DNA from: Octopus vulgaris | Taxonomy: Eukaryota | Length of the DNA: 64,000 nt | Assembly: GCA_951406725.2 (NCBI GenBank) | Contig: OX597829.1 | Span: forward strand, 34,162,001-34,226,000 | Reading direction: 5' to 3' | Shown: positions 1 through 12,189 of the stretch, in pieces | Layout of the letters: the number at the start of each line of letters is the position of its first letter | Numbering within the stretch: position 1 is the first letter of the stretch | Position numbers and translations under genes: made by a program | The notes under the pieces: model-generated | Database searches by the model: none | The model's input: the letters and a program-made list of their open reading frames with translations, nothing else | What the model was told of the DNA's origin: nothing

Positions 1-132
1 CATCAATAAAAATTATAAAGTGCAATGAATATTATTTTGGTGCAACTTGACACAAGTAGAATTCATGTCTGGAAACCTAATGGCATACTCAGATTGTTGA
101 AAAAAAATCATTAATAGGGCACCTTGAAGGGA

Positions 133-875
133 TCTTTATATATAACAAATATATTTTATTTTAACAACCAAGGGAAATAAGTTATTCGCCCCTGGAAGAG
201 ATCTTTATATATAACTAATATATTTTAACAGCCAAAGGATAACCCATTCATTTTCCTAAATCATTTGGTATAAATCAAATTCTGTATGCTTATTTCTTAG
301 TATTTGAACTGTTAGAGTTATTTTCGCAATTTATCCAGTACAACCCTTAAACAAGTAAATAGTATTTTCCTAAACAATAGATCCACTTATTTCAGTTAGT
401 AACTTATTCACGAATATACCAACACTAGCGCTCCTGGGGGTAATATTTTCTGAGAATGCACAAAAGCCATTTTCAGAGTTATTTACTTTGAATTGTTATT
501 ATCTCCTATCTGATTAGCCTGTTATTACGTAACATGCTTTACGATTTTAGTATACATACCTTATTAGTATTTCCTCCTAAGTTAAATATACTCTTGGAAT
601 ACATTAAAGCCCTTTTTGGGGCTACTTTATTTGAATTCTTACTATCGGGTGACTAATTTCATGTTATTACATAACTGACTTCATATTTTGGGTATTTATA
701 ACTTATTGGGAATTCCTAAAAGCAAGATCTTGTGTAAGACAGTTCGGTATTCTCTGTAAATGCACAAAAACTGTTTTAAGGGTTACATACTTTGTATTGT
801 TGTTATTGAATTAGCAAAACAATTATGAGAACGGAACCAAGGGATAAGCCCCGCTTTTCCAGGAATTACTGCTAG
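133..875 (+). mobile_element. Degenerate non-autonomous Helitron-like element
   Basis: Two TCTTTATATATAAC 5'-like ends (133, 202), repeated AGTTATTT/AAGGGANATAA motifs, and a 3' end ...TACTGCTAG|T (872-875) matching the Helitron ends at 10934 and 63114. Confidence 0.5.
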
Positions 876-1256
876 TATCAAATAAATCTTTTAAAATCCC
901 CCCCCACCACCACCAAAGGGATAAACTCTGTGAATCGGTGAAAATACCAGGATGTTTGAGGAACCCTGACATCTTAGAGAGGTAAGAGTCAGATTTTGAT
1001 TAAAAGTATATGAGAATGAAGTTTGCATCTAGAACTTTCAAATGATAATTTTCCAAGGAAAATAGGTATTTTGTCATGAAAATGGTGTACTAAAAAATGA
1101 GTTTTTGCATGGTCAAATTGTGTGTCACCCCTTCGACATCATTTCGAAGGCTGTAACAAGAAACAAAAATGAGGGGAGATCCCTATAAAAATGGAGAAAA
1201 TCCAACATATGTGGGCATCTTCATTAAAAATTTTGCAATTTATAGCCATTTTTAAT

Positions 1257-1700
1257 AGCCTAATAAAAATGTTATGGAAATGCTGTCATGTCCCAAAATT
1301 TCATGACTTTTACCTCCCTACCTACCACAAAAGTGCCAAAACTCAAGTTTCTGTGGCTTGTAGTTTAGGATTTAGCTAGGTCTGAAAACACTGCAAAAAT
1401 CAACCATTTGGTACATGTAACAAAATAGGCTTCACATAAATATCTAAAATATTGCCAAACAAAAAGTTTGCTTTCTGAGCCTAATAAAAATGTTATGGAA
1501 ATGCTGTCATGTCCCAAAATTTCATGACTTTTACCTCCCTACCTACCACAAAAGTGCCAAAACTCAAGTTTCTGTGGCTTGTAGTTTAGGATTTAGCTAG
1601 GTCTGAAAACACTGCAAAAATCAACCATTTGGTACATGTAACAAAATAGGCTTCACATAAATATCTAAAATATTGCCAAACAAAAAGTTTGCTTTCTGAG
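1257..1700. repeat. Perfect tandem duplication, 221-bp unit x2
   Basis: 1257-1479 repeated at 1478-1700 with no visible mismatch. Confidence 0.95.
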
Positions 1701-2590
1701 AACCTGCAAAAAAAATTAGGCAACTACTATACTATGGTCACTATTAAATTACATAATTTGAAACTGATTATAACTGTTTCAAAGATATGACATTGCAAAT
1801 ATAGCTTTTACACAAATTAGGCAAAATTTCAACCATTTCACTGACCATACAAATATTTCCTAAAATATTTATCCAAATTTCACAAATGAGGTATCAAAAT
1901 GTTTCTTTCTGGATACTCTTCAGGAAAAAGGACAGTAGAAATATTTAAATATTTTCAAAACTTTATGATGCCTAATTTTATTATTGGTTCAATATTAATA
2001 ATGATTATACAAAAGGTTAATATTTTATGTCAGGTGTAGCAGCTTCAAAGGTAAAAGAAGAAAAAAAATTACATAGGAATTTAGCTAGAATTTTTCTAAT
2101 CCTTTTGTGATCACAATTTTTAGTTATATTTCATGGACATGATCATATTCCAAATACACACATTAAACTCTTTCAAAATATTATAAAACATTAGATTTTG
2201 AGTGCTTATAGGTATAATGTTATAACATCTAGATATACCATATCAAATAATAAAGGCATAGCAATGTAGTTGAAAAGTTCACTTCTTGGGTTCAGTTCCA
2301 ACGTGCAGCATCATGTGCAAGTATTTTCTACTATAGCTTCAGATGATTAATGCTTTGTGAATAAAATTGCTAAATAGAAACTGTGGAAGCTTCTGTGTGT
2401 GGACACAGAAGTATGCATGCATTTTTAATCACTAAGATGAATAGCAAAATTAAAATAAGTACTCAGATCAATATGATCCGCTACAAAGTTTTGAAGACAG
2501 AGTCTCCACATGGCTATAGTCCAATGATTGATGTATGTTAAAAGTGTAAAAGTGTATAGAAAATATATTTGCTAAATATTGAATACTTAC

Positions 2591-2623
2591 TCTGGGCAAA
2601 AGCTGTGGTATTTCCAAAATTTG
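2591..2623 (-). CDS. NUP98: FG-nucleoporin (probable Nup98-Nup96) second coding exon, 33 nt, phase 1-1: (S)NFGNTTAFAQ
   Basis: Acceptor cttctttttgactgcag, donor gtaagt; joins in frame to the exon at 6280-6319 to give MFTKLSGFGFGDSSNFGNTTAFAQ, resembling the Nup98 N-terminus (human MFNKSFGTPFGGGTGGFGTTSTFGQ, from memory). Confidence 0.6.
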
Positions 2624-2949
2624 CTGCAGTCAAAAAGAAGCAAGAAAGAAAAATAACATATTTAATTATTCAATTTGATAAAAGGCAAAATTTTTTTGCT
2701 TGTTAAATATAGGTAATGTTGCCATATTAATGTGTGCATGAGAAAAATGAATGTAATAAAAATGATATAAGAAATATCACTATAATTCTAGATATGTTTT
2801 CACCTGTAATCATATTGTACACCCATAGGTAGGAAATAACAGCAGATTTTAGACATTAATTTACGAAGAAATGTCTCATAAATTTTATTTGTGTGTAAAA
2901 TCACAGAAAAACAAGCAGGTGGTGAAGAGAGGGAGAATCATGATACAGT

Positions 2950-3500
2950 AGACAGAAGAAGGACAAAGGAGAGATAATGTGTGGTTGAGTAATTTGCATA
3001 TGAGTTCCCATGGGAAACAAGCCTTAAACTCCTGTGATGGCCTACATAACTTTGAGGAACAGGAGCAGAACTGAAGACTGAATGCTGAACTCCTACCTTC
3101 ACACTGAATTCATTACTGATATTGTCAACTTTCTTTTTATTTACTACATCTTTGTACAAGCCTCACAAGCCATTTATTTATAAGTAGTTTTCTCAGCAAC
3201 CACCAAATTACTAAAACCTGTTGAACACCTTCTCCAAATCAAATGAGGTCAAGAATAGTATTTTTCCATAACCAAATATTTTTTCTGCAGTTGCCTTACT
3301 AGGGAGATTGAATCTATGGTAACTCTTCTGAGACTGAAGTTGAACTGCATTTCATCTAGGTCTACGCTGTCCTATGATTCTCTCCATGATCTTCATAACA
3401 TGATCCTGTAGTTTGATTCCACTTAAATATGCTTCTCAATTAGGTATGCCCTTGCTTTTGGCAGCTGTTTATGATGATACTGTTACACTCATCACTGTGT
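2950..3500 (-). mobile_element. Decayed RTE LINE reverse-transcriptase fragment
   Basis: Minus-strand remnants EFSVKVGVQ and PWEL; similar to the RTE at 25243-27629. Confidence 0.7.
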
Positions 3501-3886
3501 AACTGTATACCAGAGCATTATCATGGCTGTAACATAAAATCAGGTGCTGTATGAAAATTATCTTAAAAGTTAAATAACAAGTTTATTTTTCTAAGTTATT
3601 GTTGATTTCTTTTTGCATGCATACAACATAGTTACTAACCTGATAGAATATCTTCTAAAATGTTTCAAATGTATATGTACTTATAAAGTACATGCAGTGA
3701 ACAACCCTGTTTATTTTTTTGTTTTGTTTTTTTTTCTTTCCAATAAAAGTTTGAGTTGAAAAATGATGTTAACTTATTTTGCACACTTAGAGAAAAAAGT
3801 CTTCTGTGATCTGACACTCAAAGGAACTTTGCACTGTTTGTAACCTAAGTACACATGCCTTTTGCCTGTATACTATCAACAATTTC

Positions 3887-4100
3887 CTATTTTAAAATGA
3901 TCTGGCAAATGAAAAACACCAGTGTAGGAGGCATCGGGTGAAGTATCTGTGACAAGTTTTTGACTTTAAGTGCAAGAGCAGAAGGGATACCACTAATCAC
4001 AATGTGTAGTTGTTGTTGAGCCGACTGAATGTTGTTTGCCATAAAGTAGGACTTGAGTTGGATGAACCACACATATGTGCATCATCATAATAGTGGGGAA
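3887..4100 (-). mobile_element. Gypsy-type gag N-terminal remnant
   Basis: WFIQLKSYFMANNIQS...HIVISGIPS resembles the 'WF.QLE..F....I' gag-like domain of Gypsy elements. Confidence 0.45.
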
Positions 4101-6279
4101 GCACAGCATGACTCATCTTCTGAAGGGGAAAATATGGAACACACGTGCAGAAGGAATACAAGCTGCTCAATACCAAAATCCAGAAAGTGTGATGGGGAAG
4201 AAAACTCCATGAACTGCAGTGGATAACCAGGATGGCGTCTTCAAGCAAGAACATGAGACAAAGACAAGGATGAAAGTGAAAGGTGAAATCGTACCCGAGT
4301 GTAAAAAATACGTATAAATGATCCTGAGGAAAGTTTCAAGCAACGAAGGAAGATTACATGATGCCAACTTGAACCAGTAGAACGAAAATGTTAGAAGAAT
4401 GTATGGTTGCCATGTTAGCAGTAAGAGATGGAAAATAGCACATGGTATAATTGTACAGAGTCGTAATCCAGGCAGTAAAGAGTTCTCCATAATACAAAAA
4501 TTTTGGTAAAAATTTCTCGTATAGGAAAATGTGCAAGGTCACCATAAGAAGTTGTTAGCATGTGTTAAACCATAAAGAAAACAAGCCTGAAGTTGAAAAA
4601 TGAGAAAGAATGCGTATTCTGAGTCGGGTTCACCTAAGAGTTAAGGCTGTAACTTGGCCTTGTTACTGCTGGAACAGGAGGTTAATTAAGAAACAAAACC
4701 CCTCATATTACGAAAGGTAAAATGCATTCTTGATTGGAATAAATGAAAGAGCCATTCTTGAACTTCACAAATAATTTAATACCAATTCAGAACCAGGTAA
4801 AAATTCACCAATAAGATGCTTCAGCTGAAGCAGTACATAAATGAAGAATGTGTACATACTATCTTGCCGTGTCACATTCCATCTGTAGAAAGTAAATTAA
4901 AATATACAAGAGAATTTTGTATGCCACTTAGGTTTACTTCTCTTGTAAAAGGAAGTTGTGCACCTGATGTGTAGCTTAAATAGTTGTGAGGTACCTGGTG
5001 GCTCCTCTAAGGTGTTTTTGATTCCTAGAGCCATGTGTAGCAAAATTTATGTGCTCTAACCTCCTAGAACATTCCATGGTTCAATGGGATCACTAAAAGG
5101 GACATGACTCCAATTTCTTGGAAGCTTCTAGAATGTTCGCCAAGGAAGATCAGTGTGGTTAGATCCCATGACTTCTGCCAGCGTAAATAAGGCAAAAACA
5201 AATCTATTTCAAATTACATAACACCTACAAGGGTTTTTATTTTTCTGTACGCATGGAAGCCACCAATTAGCTGGACAGTTAGCTTTTCACAAATTTCCAA
5301 AAGGGTTTGTTTTCTCTCCCTGCTCTAACATGTAACTAGTTGAGGATTCAGACTCACACATGAATACTTCAGAAATGGCAGTGACAAACAGGAACCAGAA
5401 GAGATATTTCCATCATTCCATTGCTCTCCTCCTTGAATATTTCATTCTAATTTGATCAGTCAAGCCCACAATAAATTTGTATTTGGAATACTCTTTCAAA
5501 CTTGAACTGAAGAAAAATTGGCTCGTTGATCATCTTGTTGCATCCTCGCAACCTTAGTGTTCACTCATGGATCCATATTTGTATATAGAAAACGAACAAA
5601 TCTCTTCCAAACAGTGACACCAAACTTTCCTAACTGCATGGTTTTCAAATCACCCTGCATTTTTTGATGGCAAGTGTGCTTTCATCATTCTCACTATCAT
5701 TCCCAATGATGCCTCAGTTTTCTCTCACACATTGTCTAGTAATCATGATCATTTCACACCTATGATTATCACATTACAGAACATGTGCAAATCTCTTCCC
5801 TTCTTCCTCACCTTTAGCCAAGTATCTTTATCACCTAGTTGCTCTTCAAGTCATTTGATAATGCTTCCTAATACCACCTTCCTTCCATGTTTTACCAAGC
5901 TAATTTTTTTTTAGCCCTTCTTATTCCTAAATGAATACAATTATCTTCAAAACACCTTAACAGTTCTAACAATATCTTTTCATAACTAAACTCTGAGAAA
6001 TCGATTCATTATAAAATTCAGCCATAATTTGGCTACTCTCCTTCAAATTTTTTCCTGGGGTGAATTTTAAAAAACATCATCTCCAATCTCTAATAATTTG
6101 AGCAAGCTCTACATGAGCAAATTTGTGATCCAGTTCCCATCATCATCATCTTTTAGTGTCCCCTTTTCTATGCTTTTCTATTGCCTACTGCTCTTACAAA
6201 AATCCCTTTAAATCTAAACTTGTTCACTGCTTACCAACAGTTAAATAAAAAAGAAATGTGATATGAAAACAGTACTCAC

Positions 6280-6319
6280 ATGAATCACCAAACCCGAAGC
6301 CACTTAGCTTTGTAAACAT
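6280..6319 (-). CDS. NUP98: FG-nucleoporin (probable Nup98-Nup96) first coding segment MFTKLSGFGFGDS; exon spans 6280-6330
   Basis: Acceptor ttttatcttttacag at 6331, ATG at 6319-6317, donor gtgagt at 6279; FG dipeptides. Confidence 0.6.
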
Positions 6320-6419
6320 CTGGAGATTTTCTGTAAAAGATAAAACACAAATTAGTTAACTGTAATATAAATTTTTTAAATGAACACTTGAAAAGCAGAA
6401 CAGAAATCTAACCTGTCTA

Positions 6420-7172
6420 CTTCAAATATATTGAAAGATATGAAGTTGCTCCCCTTCCAGATTACTTCAATGGACAAGATGGGCAACAACTCAACAGATT
6501 CCATGGAGGCTATGGCTCTGGTTTTCAACATGATGGTGAAACAAGGCTGTTGGAGTTCTGTCTTGCAAATACCTGATGTTTGGTAACTATAACTTCAAGA
6601 AACCAGCCAGTCACCTATCAGTCAAGTAGGCATACAATCCAGATTGATTACATTCACATCAGAAAACAGGATAAATAAATGCTTGTGAATGTAAAATCCT
6701 TCATGAGTGACTAACATAGGTTAGTAGTTAATATTTTGATTTTGAGCTAAAAGGACTTTGAGACACCAATCTGGAAAGATAGTTACAGAAGCTTCAAAAT
6801 TCAGTGAACTGTCAGGAACTTAAGAGAACTAGCCGAAGCATTTGACGAGATGGAGACATATAACATACAAGACAACTGGAATATCCTATGGAAAAGCTTA
6901 CTTAGGCTGCAGACTAAATTTGTGGCTGATGCAAAGTCCCAACCAGAACTAATGTGACATGGTTATGAAATAGTGAAGTAGACTGTATCATAAGAGTGAA
7001 GAAACAGGCTTTGCAGGTTTGGAAGAGTGGACATAGCAGAGAAATACACTAAGTAGCTACAAGAGAAGCTAGTCAATAGGTATTTTTAGCTAGGGGATAA
7101 GAAATGAAGAAGATTGCCAAAGTTCTAAAGCTTGAGGATCAGAAGCATTAAATGTTCCAGATTGCAAGACAG
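6420..7172 (+). mobile_element. Decayed RTE LINE endonuclease region
   Basis: Remnants FHGGYGSG, RLLEFC and QIDYI with many stops. Confidence 0.7.
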
Positions 7173-7314
7173 TTATCATCATTTAACATACTCCTCCTAT
7201 GCTGGTGTGGGTTAGATAGCTTGAGAGCAGCTGGCATATCAGAAGACTACACCAAACTCTAGCATCTGCTTTGGCATCCTCAGTTCATCACTGTATCCAT
7301 GGCTAACTGACAGC

Positions 7315-8730
7315 ATGCCTCTACTTGTAGAGCTTTCACAAGCCATTCATGCACAAGGCCAAAACAGCAATAGAACTAAGGCGGGCACCACTGGCTACAA
7401 CACAGGCATTACACCGGTGCTCTTACTGAACATCAGAGGACTGTTAACACTTAGTAATAGGACAAAAATTCCTTTCCTGAGAGACCTTGCTGCATGCAAT
7501 CAAGCCTTATGCATAGCACTTACGGAAACACACCTCAAACCAGATATAGCAAATGCAAAAATACACATATTTTGTATTACAGACCAACAGATACAATATG
7601 TTGTATTACAGACCAACAGAAAAGAAAGGAGTTGTGGTAGAGTTATGTACATCCGCAAAAACCTCACACCCCAGGTCCTTTTGTCACACTCAAATTCAGT
7701 ATGTGATATGCTAATTCTACATATAAGACAACTCAATGTAGTTATATGTGCTACATATCACCCTCCAGATGCTCAGAATCATGTAGGCAAGTTTGAAGAC
7801 TGCTTACAAATATAGAAGTTCTAGTTACATTAGAACAACACTTAAATGTACTTCTTATGGGAGACTTCAATCTGCCTAATGTCAAATGGCCTGAGGGCCT
7901 TTCTCTCCCAGGAACAACACAATGCAAACTACTGTTCATAATGGCCCTCTCAGACATGACCTCAGCCACACAGAGCCACGATCACAAGTTATGCAGATGA
8001 TACAAAAGTCTCACAGGTAATACAGAACCCTGAAGATACTATGCACCTGCAATGTGAGCTGGATGAAATATACAAGTGGGCTGAAAAGAAAAGCATGTAG
8101 TTTAATACTAATTAAATACACTGGACCTGGAGGGATTGCAATCCTAGAGGCACAGTCAGTGCGAGACCTGGGCATTTACATGAGTAATGATGCATCCTTC
8201 AACGTGCATGTTGCTAAATTGGCAATGAAATGCAGGCAGCTGACCAGATGAATTCTTAGAACTTAGAACTTAAAGAGATCAGGAAACCATAATGGTCCTC
8301 TGGAGGACACTTGTCCTAAGCCACTTTGACTATTACTCTCAGCTGTGGTCATCAACCAGTGTCAAATTAATCACAGAACTTGAGGCAATCCAACAAAACT
8401 ACACGAAGATAGCCTCTATGCAGCATATAAGCTACTGAGAAAGACTCAAGAGATTAAGACTCTATTCCTTAGAGCGTAGGCAAAAAAGATATGTCATAAT
8501 ATACATCTGGAAGATCCTGGAGGCACTTGTCCCAAACTTTGGAATCAAGAGTTACACAAATACTAGAACTGCATAGTGCCAAGGACTCCAAATTTGCTAT
8601 CAAGATACAGGACAAGGTACGGCAAGAGCCTGAGCTTCAGAGGACCATAGCTCTTCAACATCCTCCTAAAGGACCTGAGACCTGCATGGGGTGGATGTAG
8701 GTGTCTTTAAATTGAAACTGGACCTCTTAT
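7315..8730 (+). mobile_element. Internally deleted CR1-group LINE (APE plus RT C-terminus)
   Basis: LLNIRGL, IALTETHL, YHPPD and GDFNLPNVKW (APE); SYADDTK, VRDLG, HFDYYSQLW and LYSLERR (RT/C-terminal); frameshifted. Confidence 0.85.
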
Positions 8731-8834
8731 ATGTAATACGTTAAGATTATAGTTCATAAGGTAAAAATAATAATAATAAGTAAATAAATATACATATTGT
8801 AACTTATAATTAACAAATAACAATATAGGAATCA

Positions 8835-9900
8835 ATATTTTTACAATAAAAAAAATCAAACAAAATTCAACAATATTGTTTTAAAAAAAAATTCATGACT
8901 TATCTAAGAAAATCTATTAACTGTATTTTAAACGTAAAAACATAGGACTTAGCGTTTATAAGAAATTTAACTTGGGAAATAGTTTTGTAAGACAAAATCT
9001 TATTGAATAGGTAGCATTTTTTTTATTTGTTATGTAATATTGCATTTAAGTAAATATTTTTAATAATAATAGAAACTTTGGTTAAATCTTTGAGAGAAAT
9101 ATTAAATCTATACATAAATTGAATTAATCATATAAGTTTAACTAATTTGTGTGTATATATTTGAACCATTTTCTAGTTTTAATTCTTGTAGTTATAGTTT
9201 GTAGTAGTATTATGTAAGTTAGCATGAAGTTTTTTTAGCATATATTACATAATTAGAATAAGATTAAACTTAGATGTTTATTAAATAAATACATAAATAA
9301 CTTAATGGATATAGAGTAAATTATAATAATTTAGCTTCACTTAATGTATATTATGTATTTTAAATATTTTGTTTTAATTACTTGTACTTTAATTTTCCAG
9401 TAATGATATACTATAGTTTGTTATTTTCTTCAATGAGCTAAAATATATTTTCATAGATAAAATAAATATTTATATCTATTTATTCTAGTTTTATTTACAC
9501 CACGTTTTTAACGAGGTAAATTTATTATAAACACTAAGTCCTACGTATTAAGTTTAAAGATTTAGTTAACAGAATTTATTCAATAAGGTAAGTCATGTTT
9601 TTATTTCAAGATATATTGTTGAATTTTGTTCGATTTTTTTATTGCAAAATTACATATTTTTATATATATTTATATTTTCTTATAAGATAATATACGTACA
9701 TTTAATTATTTTATTGTTTTTATTTTAGACTTGATGAGTGACTATATTTAAACTGAATTGATTTTATAGTTATCAATTTGAAAATATAGCCATGAAACAC
9801 ATGTAGTCTATTTACTAATTATATACTATTTATTATTTAGTACTTCATTTAGTTTTAGGTAAATGTTTTATTGTATCTTTAATTTTTTTCTATATGGCAT
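8835..9900. mobile_element. Penelope-like pLTR remnant with inverted arms (about 8838-8975 and 9510-9650) and a hammerhead motif
   Basis: Diverged inverted repeat; hammerhead at 9726-9810. Confidence 0.6.
9726..9810 (+). ncRNA. Type I hammerhead ribozyme motif (C3U variant)
   Basis: tagac-TTGATGA-gtgactatattt...aaatatagccat-GAAAC-acat-GTA-gtcta; helices I and II pair; palindromic helix III. Confidence 0.7.
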
Positions 9901-10044
9901 GATTTAAGTATATCATTGTTGAATTGCTTCATGGTGTTCTCTAATTTATATACATATATATGTGTGTGTGTGTGTGTATATATACACACATACATATATA
10001 TATACACACACACACATATATATATATACATACACACACATATA

Positions 10045-10934
10045 TCTATATATATAAAAGTGAAGTTGTGTGAGTGTCTGTCTCCTACGATTTAGATTGC
10101 TAACTACTCCCACATTTTGCAGTGCAGTTTAACCAAATTTGGGTATCTTATAGTCGTGATTCATATCGAGCCCGTCTGGGTATTAGCGCGCGTCTACGAT
10201 GAGTCTACGATTTTAAAAATAATTTACCATAATTTTTTTCCATTTTAACACATTTTTTCGTGTGTCGATGGCGGCGGAGTTGGCATCCATGCTCACACCT
10301 GCACCCGTGTTGCTTCTCCCCTCCCTCGTGAAGCTGTGGGGAAGGGAGTGTAAGGAAATCAACGTCGTAAAGCGTTGTCAAGGAGACCAGCGTTCTTTTA
10401 GAACAACGACTTCATGGCTTGAGGTCGCCAAAACAGAAATCGCTAAAAAAGCTGAAACAGATCCACAAAAACGGCAAAAACCGCCACACAGGGCAGGTTT
10501 CACGTGCAAACAATTTGCACAACCGAATGTTTTAGTTGTTGCACAAATCTTTATATATAAAAGTGAAGTTGTGTGTCTGTCTCCTACGATTTAGATTCCT
10601 AACTACTCCCACATTTTGCGGTGCAGTTTAACCAAAACCGGGTATCTTATAGTCGTGATTCATATCGAGCCCTTCTGGGTATTAGCGCGCGTCTACGATG
10701 AGTCTACGATTTTAAAAATAATTTAACATCATTTTTTTCCATTTTAATGCATTTTTTTTGCTATTATATAAGGGAAGTAACTCTCTAAAAATGTCTATGA
10801 TGAGTCAACGATTTAAAAAAAATTTACTATAATTTTTTTTCCATTTTTAATGCATTTTTTGGGCTATAACTCTCTAAAAATGCTTTATAGTTATTTCCCT
10901 TACAAACCCGAGCAATGCCGGGCGATACTGCTAG
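10045..10934 (+). mobile_element. Non-autonomous Helitron, composite (second 5' end at 10548)
   Basis: A|TCTATATATATAAAAG start; 3' hairpin cccgagcaatgccggg then CTAG|T; about 200-bp 5' module repeated at 10548. Confidence 0.85.
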
Positions 10935-11111
10935 TATATATATACACACACACACACATACACATATATATATATAGGAGTTCAGCAAAATTTAGATTCA
11001 GATGAATATGGTACTTAAGTTGAGGCACCAGATTTTAGTACGGTATTATCCATACAATTTCAAAATAATGTGATTAGAATCAAAATAAGCAACAAGGATA
11101 TCCAGAGGTAA

Positions 11112-11197
11112 TGCAGTACAACAGTTTCATGCAACTCCATTCAATTGAACAATGCAACCATTACATCAATTTAAATGCAGAGAAATCCTCAGCTGCA
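11112..11197 (-). ncRNA. Type I hammerhead ribozyme motif
   Basis: Minus strand tgcag-CTGAGGA-...-GAAAC-tgtt-GTA-ctgca; core intact, base of helix II imperfect. Confidence 0.65.
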
Positions 11198-11655
11198 CAA
11201 AGACATAGAATTTAATTAAATTAAAACAGGTGGATACATTAGTATAATTTTGCCTAAAATCTCTATGAAATTAAGGAGATAGACAAAGAACATTGTTGCC
11301 CTTCCTTCCACTTAGAAGCTACTAAGTTATCAGGAAGAAAGACTTGTTACAGATTTTGCTTGTCACTTTTATATGGGGGTCAGTTTTAAGTTATAAACTA
11401 GTTTTATCAAATTCTTGTATATCTAAGGCCAGGTCTGTTAGGGGTAGGGTTGAGGGAGTTGACAGAAATCACAGTGGGTAAAGTCATAAAAATCAAGATT
11501 TATTTGAAGCAATATCATGGGATTTGGTAAAAGAAAACTTAAATCAAGATGTTAGCTGACAATTAAGGGAGCTGGCCACCAGCCAACCATTGATAATGAA
11601 ACAGCGGAAATCTTATGTAGTACTATAATTAAATATTTTAAGCAATACTGCTATA

Positions 11656-12170
11656 TTGTATAATAGAAATATTAATAGAGTAAATATTAATAATAAGAAG
11701 AATTTAAATCTTAATAATATTAATAATAATAATTCACCTAGTTGCAATTGTAGGATTAAATCCCGCTGTCTGTTATTAGGCCGATGTCTTAACCAGAACA
11801 TAATATATAAATGTACTATAATAACTTCAACTAATAATTATATATACTTTGCATGTTCGATTAATTTTAAACAGCATCTATACAACCACATGTCGTTTTT
11901 TAAACTTAAACATAAGGCGAATTGTACGTCATTATCCAATAAGATTTGGAAATTGAAGGAAAGTGGAATTGGGTTTAGCCTCAAATGGGAAATAATAAGA
12001 AAAGCACAGCCTTATAGAAATAGCAGATATGGGTGTGAGCTGTGTTCTATGAAAACATGAAATTTTTAAGCAAAAAGATAAAGGCAACCTGATTAATAAT
12101 CGATTAGACCTTAAGGTATCATGTGTACATAGTGACACTTGTATCTTTAAATATTTTAGAAAGTAGCACT
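11656..12170 (+). mobile_element. Penelope-like element GIY-YIG endonuclease remnant
   Basis: CNCR..CLL.G.C..NIIYKC..FKQHLYNH..TSLS..IW.LK..WEI..CELC, typical of the PLE C-terminus. Confidence 0.8.
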
Positions 12171-12189
12171 TAATTTATCTTGTGATTTA

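Noticed and set aside
10262-10594. ORF MSMAAELASMLTPAP..., repeated at 55220-55459
   Set aside because: Lies within Helitron copies; frames diverge; no recognisable protein
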